Assembly: GCF_011386835.1 (NCBI RefSeq)
Contig: NC_088815.1
Span: forward strand, 13,206,001-13,270,000
Reading direction: 5' to 3'
DNA length: 64,000 bases
DNA from: Chrysemys picta bellii
Taxonomy: Eukaryota
The notes under the pieces: generated by a model
The model's input: only the letters and a program-made list of their open reading frames with translations
Database searches by the model: none
What the model was told of the DNA's origin: nothing
Shown: positions 62,316 to 64,000 of the stretch, one piece after another
Numbering within the stretch: the stretch's first letter is position 1
Layout of the letters: the number at the start of each line of letters is the position of its first letter
Program-made: the position numbers and the translations under genes

Positions 62316-63519
62316 ACCATTGGCTTGTGAAGCACCATGGGAACCCTTGACGCGGCCCCAGGCCTGCACTCAGTTGTCCAAGGCTCCTGTAACCCGAATG
62401 GTAGATCAAACTGGTTTGGGCAAACCATGCAGCGTAGGGGGTTGGGCGGACAGTGCTGGATACTGGAAGAACCCGGCTGGCAGTCCCACCTGCCCCCACA
62501 CACACTCCACCTGGTGAAACCCAAAATGTTTCAGGCCCTGCCAAATGCCAGAGATGAAGGTGGGGCACAGTGGGTGCCAGGAGCACCCCCCCTTCTGGGC
62601 CATGCCCCCCCAGTACCAGAGAAGTGGCTTGGAGAGTTAATCGCCATGTGTTGCTCTAAGAATATGAAGGTCCCCCCCCACCCTGAAACTTGCCTTTTCC
62701 TGGGTCCTGTCTGCTCTGGGGACCGCAGGATAATGGCCTTGCTGTACGGATTCTGCTGGCTGGGGTAGCGAGGGGATGTCCTGATGAAGGTGACCAGATG
62801 GGGTGCTGGGTGCCATCTGACTCCCATCCATCCTGGATGAACTGAGGGTGCTCGGCTCCTCAAAGGATCAGGCCCCTTGTAATCATCTGAAAACTGGGGG
62901 GAACCGATATTGTTGTCAGCAGCGGGTGCCTTGCCCCCACTTGGGCCGTGGGGCTTTCTGAGGTCCTTGGGACGTCCCTGGGAATGAAGGGGCAGGACAG
63001 GGACGGGCCTGTCCCGTCACCCCGACAGCTCGGTGCCCACCTCTGGCCTTCATATCATGAAGAGCAAGAGAGCCCAGCCCAGCGCTGTGTCCTGCACACG
63101 CCAACCCAAGCGTTGGCACATGAGCTGGCAACGCCCGGGGGCTGGGCGGAGTTTGCAGAGGAGGGGGGAGTGATGCCTAGGGGCTGTAGACCTGTCTGCT
63201 CGCTCGCTCTCCCTGCACCCCTGGGAATTTACCACCTGCGATTGCTTCTGTCACCTCCTCAGCCCAAATCTACCCCCTTGCCAAGCAGGTCGGGAGCCCT
63301 CAGGCCCTGGGTGAGGCTGCCCAGTGCCACCGGTGATCTCCTCACAGCCTCCTGAGGGGCCTTGGGGGCGCAAGGGGGGCTGCAAGCTTGGCGGGGCGAA
63401 GGCACCAGTGGCTCAGGGCGAAGCACAGGGATTTTGCACCCAGGGGCTGGTGTCACCCGGTGAAGCAGAAGGTGGGAGGGACCCACCTCCCCTGCTGAGG
63501 GGCTTCTATCGCCCCCCGT

Positions 63520-63800
63520 TACCATGGGGCCCAAGCGCCTCACAATCTTTGAAGTATTTATCCCTACAAGCCGGCGGGGATGGGGACGGCTATTGTCCCC
63601 ATTGCACAGATGGGGAACTGAGGCACTGCCCCCCCCACCCCACTATTTAAGCACCTGACTCCCATAGACATCAGTGGGAGTGAAGAACCTAAATCCCTTT
63701 GAGGGTTCGGACCTAATCAGCTCACCCAAGGTCACTGAGGGCATCTGTGCCAGAGCCGGGAATTGACCCTTGTCTTCTGTGTCACAGGCTGGCACCCCAA
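63520..63800 (-). mobile_element. MIR-like SINE, interrupted
   Basis: tattgtccccattgcacagatggggaactgaggcac, resuming at cccaaggtcac...gagccgggaattgaccc after an insert of about 80 bp. Confidence 0.6.
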
Positions 63801-64000
63801 CCACTGCTTTACCCTTTGGCCTATCTCGCCCGTCCCCTCATTTCTCTGGGATGTGCCCACCAGGGGGTAGCTGGAAACCATGGCACCAGAGTGGAACCCT
63901 TCGTGTGATTTGAAACAGGGGAGATGGGGATGGATGTTGTCTGCTGCAAGTCTGGCTGTGTCTCCACTGGGGAGATGTAGCGTGGTGGTGGGCTGTGTGC

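Overview
Vertebrate genomic DNA, most likely a turtle (inferred from the recalled CR1, Penelope-like and hAT/Harbinger repeat families). Three intact genes can be built exon by exon, all with GT-AG introns and consistent phases. THOP1 (thimet oligopeptidase, minus strand, 13 coding exons, 685 aa) sits head-to-head with SGTA (plus strand, 10 coding exons, 312 aa) across a shared CpG island. SLC39A3/ZIP3 follows (plus strand, 2 coding exons, 315 aa). A third CpG island at about 59 kb is probably the non-coding first exon of DIRAS1, by synteny only. The rest is introns, UTRs, MITEs with target-site duplications, CR1 fragments, MIR-like SINEs, tandem repeats and an assembly gap. The most notable signal is three short Penelope-like insertions in SGTA introns 1-2. 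Each carries a 40-nt minimal hammerhead-ribozyme-like motif antisense to SGTA, and two fold into long hairpins. Penelope-associated hammerheads are a known class, so novelty is at the level of these loci. No prokaryotic systems, tRNA, rRNA or CRISPR were found.
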